Shown: positions 34,785 through 45,474 of the stretch, piece by piece | Layout of the letters: every line of letters begins with the position of its first letter | Numbering within the stretch: the first letter of the stretch is position 1 | Assembly (NCBI GenBank): GCA_963727895.1 | Contig: CAVSHT010000008.1 | Span: 32,001 to 96,000 of the forward strand | From: an uncultured Methanosarcinaceae archaeon | GTDB taxonomy: Archaea; Halobacteriota; Methanosarcinia; Methanosarcinales; Methanosarcinaceae | Reading direction: 5' to 3' | DNA: 64,000 bases | Translations under genes and position numbers: made by a program | The notes under the pieces: model-generated | What the model saw: only the letters and a program-made list of their open reading frames with translations | Database searches by the model: none | What the model was told of the DNA's origin: nothing

Positions 34785-36011
34785 ATGGTTGTTGATACTG
34801 ATATTTGCGGTATAAGAATAGGAGATCGATACCCTTCACATGTAATGGGAATTCTTAATTTTAGTCCTGAATCTTTTTATGGAAATTCGGTCATAAATCC
34901 GGATTCCGTTCTTGAAGTAGCTCTAAAAATGATTGAGGATGGAGCAACTTTTCTAGATCTTGGAGCACGCTCAACCTGGTTACATTCTGAGCCTATTAGC
35001 AGGAAAGAAGAACTTCAACGTATTCTGCCGGTGCTTGAAGTACTTGATGGCAATGTAGATGCTGTGATCTCAGTAGACACGATGTTTTCTAAAATTGCAG
35101 AAGAAGCCCTTAAAAGGGGAGCTCAAATCATAAATGACGTTTCCGGTTTTACAGCAGATCCAGGAATGATTGAAGTAGTAGCCGATTATGGCTGTCCCGC
35201 TGTAGTCATGGCTTCAAATAAAGTTCCGGGAGATCCTATTGGGATGGACTCTGTTATTGATTCTCTTGATTCTATTATACAGGCTGCTGAAGCTGGCGGC
35301 ATAAATCCGGAAAAACTCATACTCGATCCTGCATTAGGTAGATGGACCGAAGAAAAGACTTCTATGTATGATTTTGAAACCCTTGATGATTTTGAACGCC
35401 TTAAAATCTTTGAAAAACCTTTGTTGGCAGCCCTTTCAAGAAAATCCTTCATAGGAGAGGTACTTGAAAAACCTGCAACAGAAAGGCTTTATGGTAGTCT
35501 GGCTGGAGCAGCTATTGCAGTCTACAAAGGTGCTCATATTATCCGTACGCATGATGTGCCGGAGACCTCTGATGTTGTAAAGCTTTCAGGAGCTATCAGG
35601 AGTCGGCCAAGTATAGTAAAAGAAGGCAGATATGAGGTTTCGATGGTAGAGGTGAAAACCCCACAGGACGCAGCCATTATAATGCGAAAACTTGGAGCAA
35701 CCAGAACAGGCTCACAAGTAATGCAGGAAAAAAGTGTCCATCTTATGCTGAAAATATGTAACCTAACTACCACTGAAGCTTTGATAATAAAACAAGAGAT
35801 TCTTGCTCGTGGAGGGGATGCAGCTTTGGCAAGGGATGCAGTTTCCCATGAAACAGAAAGTACTGATGTACTTGTAATGGGTACTCTACTGCAGCTTGGG
35901 CGACTTGTTAAGAAACTTGAAGGGCAAGCACGCTCTCTTCCACTAATTGCCGGAATGATCCATGAATGTATTGCTAACCGGAGCGGTCTTGAATATCGAT
36001 ATTTGAGGTAA
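34785..36011 (+). CDS. folP: Dihydropteroate synthase with C-terminal extension
   Basis: MGILNFSPESF, SVDT, INDVSG, SRKSFIG and IIRTHDV motifs. Confidence 0.92.
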   Translation: MVVDTDICGIRIGDRYPSHVMGILNFSPESFYGNSVINPDSVLEVALKMIEDGATFLDLGARSTWLHSEPISRKEELQRILPVLEVLDGNVDAVISVDTMFSKIAEEALKRGAQIINDVSGFTADPGMIEVVADYGCPAVVMASNKVPGDPIGMDSVIDSLDSIIQAAEAGGINPEKLILDPALGRWTEEKTSMYDFETLDDFERLKIFEKPLLAALSRKSFIGEVLEKPATERLYGSLAGAAIAVYKGAHIIRTHDVPETSDVVKLSGAIRSRPSIVKEGRYEVSMVEVKTPQDAAIIMRKLGATRTGSQVMQEKSVHLMLKICNLTTTEALIIKQEILARGGDAALARDAVSHETESTDVLVMGTLLQLGRLVKKLEGQARSLPLIAGMIHECIANRSGLEYRYLR

Positions 36012-36013
36012 TT

Positions 36014-36628
36014 ATGATTATAACTTCAGCAAAACCCCTTGAAGAAATCCTGTCCCTATTAAAAGATGAAGATGATATATTCATTGTTGGATGCAACGTA
36101 TGCGCTGCAAAACTGAAGACTGGCGGAGAACCCGAAGTGCTTGAGATGTTCAGGCAGCTTGAGAATAATGGAAAACATGTAGTAGGCTGGGCTCTTCCTA
36201 CTGCAGCTTGCAGTGTTCGATCCTTTGACTCCCTTGTAGAGAAAAATGAAAAGATAAAGGAGGCGCGTTGTATATTGGTTATGGGTTGTGGCAGTGGAGT
36301 TTCAATAGTTTCCAATGTAACGGATGTTCCGGTGTTTGGTTCGAATAATACACTTTCTTTGGGAGGTTCAAGCGAGGGAAAACTGCTTTTAGACCAGTGT
36401 GCAATGTGTGGAACTTGTACTATTGGTGAGTTCGGAGGGATATGCCCCAAGGCTCAGTGCCCTAAAGGACTCCTAAATGGACCTTGTGGAGGATCTATTG
36501 ACGGGATGTGTGAGGTCAACAAAGAAAATGAATGTGTATGGGTTCGGATATATGAAAGATTAAAAAAAATTAAGAAGCTTGATCTTCTTTATACAATTCA
36601 TGCTCCTCAGGAACACGACATCAAATGA
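36014..36628 (+). CDS. Methylenetetrahydrofolate reductase C-terminal/Fe-S domain protein (MetV-like)
   Basis: GCNVCA, CAMCGTC, CPKGLLNGPCGG and CVWVRIYERL motifs. Confidence 0.85.
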   Translation: MIITSAKPLEEILSLLKDEDDIFIVGCNVCAAKLKTGGEPEVLEMFRQLENNGKHVVGWALPTAACSVRSFDSLVEKNEKIKEARCILVMGCGSGVSIVSNVTDVPVFGSNNTLSLGGSSEGKLLLDQCAMCGTCTIGEFGGICPKAQCPKGLLNGPCGGSIDGMCEVNKENECVWVRIYERLKKIKKLDLLYTIHAPQEHDIK

Positions 36629-36693
36629 CTTTACTCCTATTTTTATTTACTTTTTTAACTTATTGAACAAGAGATTTTTGGCTTTTATATAAT

Positions 36694-36821
36694 GAGCCTA
36701 TCCTAAAACTCAAAATTTGCTTATTAGGCATTCAATCATATATTCAACCAAGCTTTTGATTGTGAAAACAATTCCGAAAATTCCCAACAATTAAGAATAA
36801 AGTAGCTTTTGGGATAGGCTC
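36694..36821. mobile_element. 128-bp MITE, same family as 10605 and 12287
   Basis: GAGCCTATCCTAAAA...TTTTGGGATAGGCTC, flanked by AAT/AAT. Confidence 0.8.
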
Positions 36822-36965
36822 AATTATAAAAATTACTTAATTTTCGAGAGAGTCTTAGTTTTTTATATTGAGTTTATAGATATCTTTTTTAGCTGTAGTC
36901 CTCTTTATATATCTATCCTTCGGGAGCATGGCTTTAAATAATTTCATTCATAATATCCTTATTTA

Positions 36966-37844
36966 ATGCTTTTTAATTTTCGTGAAAAACTGAATTCCAA
37001 CAAATTTCTGGTTACTGCTGAAGTCTCCCCTCCGAAGGGCACAAGATTTTCAGTTCCTCTGGAAGATGCCCGCCAGCTCAAAGGCATTGCAGATGCTATA
37101 AACGTTACGGATAATCATTGCTCAATTATGCATATGAGTTCCCTGGCTTTTAGTAAGCTTCTGCTTGATGAAGGACATGAGCCTATTATGCAGCTTACAT
37201 GTCGGGATAGGAACAGGCTCGGACTTCAGTCAGATCTTCTGGGAGCTTATGCTTTAGGTATCCGAAATATCTGCTTGATGACAGGAGATTTTCCTTCTTG
37301 TGGGGATCATCCTGGTTCAAAGCCCGTATACGACCTTGACTCCGTACAGTTCCTGCAGCTTGTCCGAAAACTTGATTCAGGTATTAATTTTGCAGGAAGT
37401 AATCTGGATGGGAGTACTTCTTTCTGTACAGGCGCTGTTTCTGGTATCGATCCTAAAAAACCCCTGCAACTTATAAAACTTGAAAAGAAGGTCAGGTGTG
37501 GAGCTGATTTTATCCAGACGCAGGCGGTCTATGATGTGGGTATGTTTGAGGAGTTCATGGAAGCCATAAGCCATCTTGAAGTGCCTGTTATTGCAGGCTT
37601 GATTCCTCTTAAGTCTTTTAGTATGGCCGAATTTATGAATAAGAATATTTCGGGAATTAGTGTGCCTGAAGAAATTATGTTGCGCATAAAGCAGGCCTCT
37701 GATCCGATGGACGAAGGTCTTTCCATAGCTTCAGAGACTATAAAAGAGTTTATGAAACTCTCAAGAGGGGTTCATATTATGCCTGTAGGTTCTCACAAAA
37801 ATACCCCCAAACTACTTTCTATGGCTGGAATTTCCGAGAGTTAA
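36966..37844 (+). CDS. metF: Methylenetetrahydrofolate reductase
   Basis: EVSPPKG, QLTCRDRNR, MTGD and GADFIQTQ motifs. Confidence 0.9.
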   Translation: MLFNFREKLNSNKFLVTAEVSPPKGTRFSVPLEDARQLKGIADAINVTDNHCSIMHMSSLAFSKLLLDEGHEPIMQLTCRDRNRLGLQSDLLGAYALGIRNICLMTGDFPSCGDHPGSKPVYDLDSVQFLQLVRKLDSGINFAGSNLDGSTSFCTGAVSGIDPKKPLQLIKLEKKVRCGADFIQTQAVYDVGMFEEFMEAISHLEVPVIAGLIPLKSFSMAEFMNKNISGISVPEEIMLRIKQASDPMDEGLSIASETIKEFMKLSRGVHIMPVGSHKNTPKLLSMAGISES

Positions 37845-38068
37845 TTTCGGTAGAGATTATAAAATACTCTCCATACCGAAAGATTTTTTCTCTTTATAAG
37901 GTTTTGAGCTCTTTTTTTCTTCCTGATCTTAATGAAGTTTGCAGATCTTCTAGCATCCTTTTTGAGTCTTTGGATACATTTATCAATATCTTATGGTATT
38001 TACAATTTGATTTTACATATATTTTTATTCAGCAAAATCTAATCATTGGCTTCTAAAGGCAGCAGAAT

Positions 38069-38863
38069 ATGAATTCCGAAAACACTTCCATCCAGATGTT
38101 TGGAGTCAAGACCCCTATAATCAGAGAAGGGGACGATATCATAAAGGTTCTAGAAATGGCTCTGGAGGAAGCAAATCTTGTCCCGATTGATGGGGATATT
38201 TTAGTACTTGCAGAATCTGCGGTTGGAACTGCGGAAAGAAGGATTGTCAAGCTTGAAAGCGTTTCTCCTGGTAAAAGAGCAAAGGTGCTTGGGGAACAAT
38301 ACGGGATTGATCCCAGGGAAATGGAACTTGTACTTAGGGAATGTGATGAAATTTTTGGAGGTGTGCCCGGAGCTGCTCTTACAATTACAAAAGGCGTTTT
38401 GGCTCCAAATGCTGGAATTGACGCTTCCAATGCTCCTGAAGGTTATGTAATCCTGCTTCCAGAAGACCCACGAAAAAGCTCGGAAAATATCCGGAAAGAA
38501 CTTGAACAGCATTATTCATGCAAGCTGGGGGTAATTATAGGGGATAGCAGGACTCAGCCCCTCAGGCTCGGGTGTTCGGGAATTGCGCTTGGAGTTTCAG
38601 GTTTTCTTCCTGTAGAGGATGCAAGAGGAACTAATGATATCTATGGGAAACCTCTTCGTATTACATATAAAGCTGTAGCAGATAACCTTGTATCTGCTGC
38701 CGAACTCCTTATGGGAGAGGCCGGAGAAAAAGTGCCCTGTGTACTAATTAGAGGAGCTCCTGTAAGTATGGTAAGCGAGTCTCCAGATATGCCGACAATT
38801 CCAATGGAAGAATGCATGTATTTCGGCAACGTAATTAGATGCCGGATCGGAAAAAATGAATGA
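38069..38863 (+). CDS. CofE-family glutamate ligase
   Basis: PNAGIDASN, GDSRTQPLRLG, DARG..DIYG and LMGEAGE motifs. Confidence 0.85.
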   Translation: MNSENTSIQMFGVKTPIIREGDDIIKVLEMALEEANLVPIDGDILVLAESAVGTAERRIVKLESVSPGKRAKVLGEQYGIDPREMELVLRECDEIFGGVPGAALTITKGVLAPNAGIDASNAPEGYVILLPEDPRKSSENIRKELEQHYSCKLGVIIGDSRTQPLRLGCSGIALGVSGFLPVEDARGTNDIYGKPLRITYKAVADNLVSAAELLMGEAGEKVPCVLIRGAPVSMVSESPDMPTIPMEECMYFGNVIRCRIGKNE

Positions 38864-39157
38864 TTTATGAATTTTATTGAAATTTACTATTATTTTCCTT
38901 TGTGAATACGTTTACAGTAAAACCATTAACTTGAGATAAGCATTATATATTCTCGAAGATAATATATACAACTAATTGAGTCCCGACCTGTATTTGGTAA
39001 ATCCATCTTTGAAGTCGCCTATCATCAGGATTGGGTTTCCGGATGCTCTGTCGTACGGCCTTTTTAGGCAATAAATGTACAATTTCTATATGCTTTCCGG
39101 AGTGGATTAAATAAAAAATAGAAACTCTTAAACGTTCCAAAATATAAAGGTGATCTT

Positions 39158-39424
39158 ATGAAACCAATTTTATTGGACTTTTCCGCAACATGGTGTGGAC
39201 CGTGCAGGATGCAAAAACCAATTCTCGAAGAGCTTGAGAAAAAATATGGGGATAAGGTGGATTTCAAGGTTGTCGATGTGGATGAAAACCAGGAAATGGC
39301 CTCCAAGTATGGCATACACGCAGTTCCAACGCTGATTATTCAGAAAGATGGGGCTGAAGTAAAACGTTTTATGGGTGTAACTCAAGGCAGTGTACTGGCA
39401 TCGGAACTCGATAAAATAATTTGA
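39158..39424 (+). CDS. Thioredoxin
   Basis: WCGPC active site and AVPT cis-Pro motif. Confidence 0.93.
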   Translation: MKPILLDFSATWCGPCRMQKPILEELEKKYGDKVDFKVVDVDENQEMASKYGIHAVPTLIIQKDGAEVKRFMGVTQGSVLASELDKII

Positions 39425-40011
39425 CCCTCTTTTTTCTGACAAAAAACGCCCGGGGTTCCTGAAACCTGGGGCTAATAATCTTTTTCCTATGGATTTTTTA
39501 AGCTTTATACCTAAAAATGGAAACCTTTTATATATCTGTATTTATTCATACTGTATGAAATTTATTTCTTACTTCTAATAGGCAAAAATTATAATTTCTT
39601 ACAAAAAAATTTGATAATTTTTTTAGATTCACTTTTTTTCATTGGTAACTCTTTGAATAAATTGTTTTTCTCACTCAAATTCATTTATTCATATGAATAA
39701 AGGCTTAATTATAAGGTATTCAGTTGAGAATAGTTGAAACCTCTCTAGAAATCATAATAATTATATCAGTTTCCTAAAAAAATTGTATTAGTCTAATTGG
39801 CAAAATGAATCAAAACAAAAGACGATTTGTAATAATCGTATCATATTCTTTTTACTTGTCTTCTTTTTTGATTAAAAAAATATTTTGTGAATATAAAATC
39901 CATAATACTATCTAAATAATGTTAGTTGAATGGGATAAATATTTATAGTCAGTATATCTTAATAGTATCGATGTAAAAACGTGTAAAAATTTAAAGTGAG
40001 ATGAGAAAAAC

Positions 40012-40419
40012 ATGAAAATTCGAGTAGTTAGTTCCAGAGAAGAAATCTTTACACTAAATCCGAATGAGCGCGTTGTTCACCTGGCCTTCAGGCCATCGAA
40101 CAAGGACGTGCTTGGACTAGTTGAAACATGTCCGAAGCTTGAGGTAATTCAGTTACCCAAATCCTATATGGCCACAGTTTCAAAATCCATAGAGATGTTC
40201 CTTCAGATGCAGAGAGTCCAGCTAATTGAAGGAGATGTTTGGGGTCATAGAAAAGACATCAACGAATACTACACCATTCCGTCCTCAGTTACTGAAAAGA
40301 TAAAGGAGATGAGAGCTGAAGGTAAATCCACTGAGGATATTGAAGCAAAAATCTCAAGGGAAAATATGCTTAACCCTGAAATGGTTGCTTATATCATAAC
40401 CAAGGAATCCCCTGCCTAA
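40012..40419 (+). CDS. DUF1699-family protein
   Basis: MKIRVVSSREEI...HLAFRPSNKD...GDVWGHRKD; TATA-like TTTATA ~70 bp upstream. Confidence 0.85.
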   Translation: MKIRVVSSREEIFTLNPNERVVHLAFRPSNKDVLGLVETCPKLEVIQLPKSYMATVSKSIEMFLQMQRVQLIEGDVWGHRKDINEYYTIPSSVTEKIKEMRAEGKSTEDIEAKISRENMLNPEMVAYIITKESPA

Positions 40420-40738
40420 AATCAATCCAGGCAAGTGATTACAAGATTTTACTGGAGACTAGACTGTAAAAAGATGTTGAATCTTTCACGATCTAATCTC
40501 TAGCTTAAATCTTATATTTAGAGAAAGTTTATGGCTCAAAAAATGAGAAACTTTTAATTATATTTAAGATCCTCTTTTGTAAGGATTTCTTATTTTTATT
40601 AAGTTATTTTTCTACATTTCAGAGAGAGTGTTCTATTTTAGGATGAATTGAGGTATTTTTATACAAATTTACTTGTAGCAAATCTATAACTTTTCCCTAA
40701 CCTTATATACCTTAAGTATTATCTCCTCCAAGATTTGC

Positions 40739-41758
40739 GTGGTTTCTAAAAAACTGATTGATCTTGGTGTGCTGGCGCTCAGGCAGCGTAATTCCCGCGG
40801 AACTTTTAAACCGCACATTTCACTCCGGTTCAGAAATATTGAAGGGGATTTGCGTACCTTTTCCATTGATACTACCAGGACAGTTGGAAAACATCTCCAA
40901 CCAGATGCTTATCTTATTACCCATGCTCACTCTGACCATTATGGGAAATCGGCTATGCTCTCCCCCACTGCAGTTTGTTCTGAAAAAACTGCAGTGGCGC
41001 TTGAAATCAGGCATGATAGAAAATATGCGGGCAATATGTTCAAGCTTGGGGATGAAATCGAGATATGTGGAACAAAGATAAAGACTTTTCCTACGGAACA
41101 TACCGCAGGCGCGACTGCTTTTTACTGGGAAAACGATATAGGGACAAAGATTCTGGTTACAGGCGACGTTAAAGATGCAAGCAATCTTCCTCCCTGTGAT
41201 GTCCTTATTACTGAAGCAAACTATGGAGATCCGGATGATCCATCCTGTCATTTTGCAGATGACCTTGAAGGCATGGAATCTGCTCTTTTTGAAAACGGTG
41301 CGGTAGCTTTTGGAGCTTATGAATTTGGAAAGGCACAGCGTGCAGTTGAACTCATCAGAGGCTTTGGATACGACGGTGCTATCCGTATGGAAGCAAGAAC
41401 CCGAGAGCTTACACGTAGTATGCTTGAGAACGCTGGAGAACTGGCAGAACTTGATTCCAAAGAAAGTGATGGGGTTTTCATAGTTGCTCCCTGGGATCTT
41501 AATAAACTTCCCTGGAACATGAAAAAATACGTATTAAGCTGCCGTATGGATTACTCCTATCCAACGATTCGGATAAGTGATCACCTTGATGCTTGTGGAC
41601 TTGAAAATATGGTCAAGAAGCTTTCTCCTGAAGTCACGCTTGTCTATCATCCAAAAGGAAATAGGCCTGTAAAATTTTCAAAATATCTAAATTCAATAGG
41701 AATTGATTCGATATCCATAGATCAGATCGGTAATGTTTTAAGCAATGAATTTATTTAA
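40739..41758 (+). CDS. MBL-fold metallo-hydrolase (beta-CASP-like)
   Basis: ITHAHSDH, HTAGA, VTGD, TEANYG and SDH motifs. Confidence 0.85.
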   Translation: MVSKKLIDLGVLALRQRNSRGTFKPHISLRFRNIEGDLRTFSIDTTRTVGKHLQPDAYLITHAHSDHYGKSAMLSPTAVCSEKTAVALEIRHDRKYAGNMFKLGDEIEICGTKIKTFPTEHTAGATAFYWENDIGTKILVTGDVKDASNLPPCDVLITEANYGDPDDPSCHFADDLEGMESALFENGAVAFGAYEFGKAQRAVELIRGFGYDGAIRMEARTRELTRSMLENAGELAELDSKESDGVFIVAPWDLNKLPWNMKKYVLSCRMDYSYPTIRISDHLDACGLENMVKKLSPEVTLVYHPKGNRPVKFSKYLNSIGIDSISIDQIGNVLSNEFI

Positions 41759-42102
41759 AGGTGTAAAATTCAGTCTTATTATTTAATTTCTCAATTGATT
41801 CTATTAATTTTGAAATCAATTTCGATAAATCAATCCTATAAACATTATTTCAGTAACTAGTTCAATAATTAATTTCATTTATAGGCAAATGATCTTAATA
41901 GAGTAATAAGTATTTTAGAGCAATAAATATCAATAGCTTATTTCAATAATTAATTATAATTTTTTAAATATAATGATTTTAGTTTCATAGCTCAAATCTG
42001 CAAATTCAAACCTTATGTTTCAGGTCTAATTTAAATGATATTAGATCGTGAATCTAATTACATACCCGGGAATGTCAACTGCCATTCAGGAGAGTATACA
42101 GG

Positions 42103-42519
42103 TTGAGTAAACCAAATCCGAAGTTAAAGTCCAGAAAAGAAGAACCTGCAAAAACTACAGAGGCTGCTGTAGAAGGTTCCGTAGCGAAAGTTGAGACTCC
42201 AGAGAAGAAGAATCTGTTTAAAGAGAGGACACCTGAAGAAAAAAGGAAGGGTCATAGGGATGGAATTGTCAAAACAATAGTGGCTGGGGCCCTTGGTATC
42301 ATCGCAGGATTCTCATGTTTCAGCCTTTATGGGACAGGAGAAGATAGGATCTGGTATGTCATGCTTATGATCGTTATAGGGTTCACATATCTAATACAGA
42401 AGCTTATCTATCCTCAACTTAAAATTGATACAAAGGAGTTCAAACTCAAAGACTGGTTTTTTGTGGAGTTTATAGTCGTTGACTTCTTCCTTATTATCTG
42501 GACTCTCCTTCTGAATTAA
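42103..42519 (+). CDS. Small 3-TM archaeal membrane protein (EMC6-like)
   Basis: Three hydrophobic segments, KDW motif, ends WTLLLN; SD AGGAG before TTG. Confidence 0.7.
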   Translation: MSKPNPKLKSRKEEPAKTTEAAVEGSVAKVETPEKKNLFKERTPEEKRKGHRDGIVKTIVAGALGIIAGFSCFSLYGTGEDRIWYVMLMIVIGFTYLIQKLIYPQLKIDTKEFKLKDWFFVEFIVVDFFLIIWTLLLN

Positions 42520-43199
42520 GATATTGTTAAAAGCATCTTTCCTGAAATGCAAAAGCTTTCCTATAATTGAAGGTCTTTTATACAGGCCTTTTTGTTATAT
42601 TTCTTGACTCTATAAATTAGGTTCTGTAGAAATATCCTTAATTTTATGCAAATTATTTTTATAACCTTTTTGTTTATGTTATATAATATTATTTATTAGG
42701 AATCTTATCTAGGCCAAGTTTTTCTTTTACTTGGTCATAAGGGTCAATAAGCTATACAAAATTATGATAGTCTGCGCTTATACACTTATATTATAAAACA
42801 AGAACAAAAAATCGATATTGAGTACAAATACACTTGGAATATTTACAGGAATAAAGCTTCAGTCTAGAAAACTGAATGGTTTTAAAATTATTATTACAAA
42901 ATTTTTTAAAAAACTTTCGATAATGTATAAAATTGTAAAGTTTTTAAATAAATGTTGCGTATACGATAGTATGGAATATCAGAACAATGATCTTTTTGAT
43001 AGTGATGGTCCAGCTTTGATTATTTTCATTAATGCTATTTCAGTGGCAGTAAGTCTCTTAGGGATACTTATCTGTATTAAGGTAACTAACCTCTAAAAAA
43101 CTGGTAAAAACGACTACTTATTTTCATCAAATGATTGCACAATACCACAAATAAAAAAATAAAAAAACAGAGTTTATTATTTGCCTTTTTACTACTTCT

Positions 43200-43712
43200 T
43201 TATTCTCTGTCTTTCTTGATTTCTTGCGGCTTATTTTCAATCTTGCTGGGAGTTAGATATCTGCTAGCAAGCGGAGTCATTGGAAGATCTGCGTGAAGTA
43301 AGGAACAGATTCTTTCTCCCGCCAGTGTCCTTCCAGGAAGGTCAGGCATGATTTCAAGCCTTTTTCCTGAAGATGTCCTTTGACCTTCAAGTATGCACTC
43401 TGGAAGAGCAGTAAATCTAATTCCTGAAATCGAACTTGAAACAAGTCTTGGGGGAGTATCAGAACTCAGCCGGAGATTACCAGCAAAAAGTCTTAGATCC
43501 CTTTCAGGTGAGAGTCGTTTATTAAAATCAGGCATAAGACCTCTAAACTGATCAAGAATTGGATTTGAAAAAGTAGTGGATTCGTAGTTATGAGTAATCT
43601 TTTTGGCAAGTACCTTTTCACGGGCTGCGCGATCAGTTAAGTTAGAAGGTGAAGACGAATTTTCGGATTTGCTTCCATTCATAGCATAAAGATTGTCACG
43701 ATGATATATCAA
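43200..43712 (-). CDS. Hypothetical protein
   Basis: 170-aa ORF with coding-like GC in AT-rich surroundings; start uncertain. Confidence 0.55.
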   Translation of the reverse strand: MIYHRDNLYAMNGSKSENSSSPSNLTDRAAREKVLAKKITHNYESTTFSNPILDQFRGLMPDFNKRLSPERDLRLFAGNLRLSSDTPPRLVSSSISGIRFTALPECILEGQRTSSGKRLEIMPDLPGRTLAGERICSLLHADLPMTPLASRYLTPSKIENKPQEIKKDRE

Positions 43713-43882
43713 TTATGCGAGGACTTTTCCTGTTTTTTGTTGTTTTTGTTTTTTTCCAATATAATCAAAAATAATTTGATTTTTTATAAGTTATTTAGTC
43801 TATTGAATCTGTTTTAGTGTGTTCCTTATTGTAACAATTCTACGTAGTCCCCCACACTTATAAACAAATCAGGGCTTGAAAC

Positions 43883-44788
43883 TTAAACAACTCTCATAAG
43901 CAACTCAACAATTTTGTCAAATCCCATTTCTGTCGCAATATCCAGAGAAGTATTGCCATTTTCATCTTGAATATTCAGATCTGCACCACTTTTAATGAGC
44001 AACTCAACAATATCCTTATACCCTGTTTGTGCTGAAAACATCAAGGCAGTAAGCCCATGTTCGTCTTGAATATTGAGATTTGCCCTCTTTTCAATAAGCA
44101 ATTCTACAATATCTTTATATCCTCTATTTGCTGCATGAATCAAAGCTGTGTTACCGTTTTTATCCTGAACATCAAGATCAACACCGGCGATAACAAGTAA
44201 CTCTACGATATTCTGATTTCCTACTCTTGTTGCAGCATTCAAAGCTGTGTTACCATTTTTATCCTGAATGTTGAGGTCGGCACCACCTTTAATGAGCAAC
44301 TCAACAATTTCTCTATGTCCTCTTGAAGCTGCAGAAATCAAAGCTGTTTCGCCGTTTTGATCCTGGATGTTAAGATCTGTACCACTTTTAATAAGCAAGT
44401 CCGCAATATTTTTATATCCCACTTTTACCGCAAATTTTAGAGCTGTTTCGCCGTTCTGATCTTGAATATTGGAGTTAGCGCCACTTTTGAGGAGTGACTC
44501 TACAATATTCCTCTTTTCTATCTTTGCTGCAGAAATTAAAGCACTATCACCGTTTTCGTCCTGAACATCAAGATTAGCACCATTTTCAATAAGTAATTCT
44601 ATAATATCCTTATACTCTTTATTCACTGCATAGATCAGAGCAGTTTTGCCATATGTATCCTGAGAGTCAATATCTGCTTTACTGTTTCTCAAAAGTTTCT
44701 CTACTTTTTCTATCTGCCCTAATTTACATGCTTCTAAAAAGCCCTGAGTTTTATCTTTCCCAAATAAATTATCTATAAATCCCATCAA
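43883..44788 (-). CDS. Ankyrin repeat protein (~8 repeats)
   Basis: 33-aa repeats G-TAL--A---G---IVELLI--GADLN-QD. Confidence 0.93.
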   Translation of the reverse strand: MMGFIDNLFGKDKTQGFLEACKLGQIEKVEKLLRNSKADIDSQDTYGKTALIYAVNKEYKDIIELLIENGANLDVQDENGDSALISAAKIEKRNIVESLLKSGANSNIQDQNGETALKFAVKVGYKNIADLLIKSGTDLNIQDQNGETALISAASRGHREIVELLIKGGADLNIQDKNGNTALNAATRVGNQNIVELLVIAGVDLDVQDKNGNTALIHAANRGYKDIVELLIEKRANLNIQDEHGLTALMFSAQTGYKDIVELLIKSGADLNIQDENGNTSLDIATEMGFDKIVELLMRVV

Positions 44789-45120
44789 TGTTTTCTCCTC
44801 AAATATCTAAATTTTTCTTATTTGACAGAATGCAGCTAACCTGGAAGTTCTGATTGAAGCATAAAACACAAAATACAATTTTTATTAATAAGTTCCGCAA
44901 GATGTATACAATTAATACTTATTCATTTTATCAATTGTTTTTTGTATCGGGAAATGGATATTTCAATAATCGGATTTAGTGGTGTCTAATGAAATACTGA
45001 ATATAAAGGTTTTATAAAGAAAACTCCAAAAAGACAATATCAATATAGATAAGTAAATTAAATGATAAAGGTAGGCAAATCCAAATAATTGTTTAAGTTT
45101 GATGCTACCGTTCCAAGTTT

Positions 45121-45168
45121 ATATGTTGATCAATGGATTACATAATATGTTGATCAATGGATTACATA
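45121..45168 (+). repeat. Perfect 24-bp tandem duplication ATATGTTGATCAATGGATTACATA
   Basis: Direct reading of the sequence. Confidence 0.8.
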
Positions 45169-45474
45169 TGTTCTGCTAGGCTTTCCTTCTATTTTATATA
45201 ATATTCTTTATACTAATATTACTATTTTATTATATGTTCATCGAATTATTATTGTTAGTCGCCACAAAGATGCTTAGTATTTTTACGTTATCTGAGTTTA
45301 TTCATTTTTAAAACAGTCTTAAATTTAAAATGTTCTTTTCTTATGAATAACTATTAATCACAATGGGACGACCTATTTTTCAAGTGTGTAATTTAATTGA
45401 AAGGTTTATATATAAAAAGCTTCAAGAAATGCTCATAATCCCGGGAATCAGAAAATTCATCGTAACACTTATAC

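Noticed and set aside
42818..43096. 92-aa ORF with a hydrophobic tail
   Set aside because: AT-rich with no motif; a shorter 41-aa version from 42971 is possible but unsupported.
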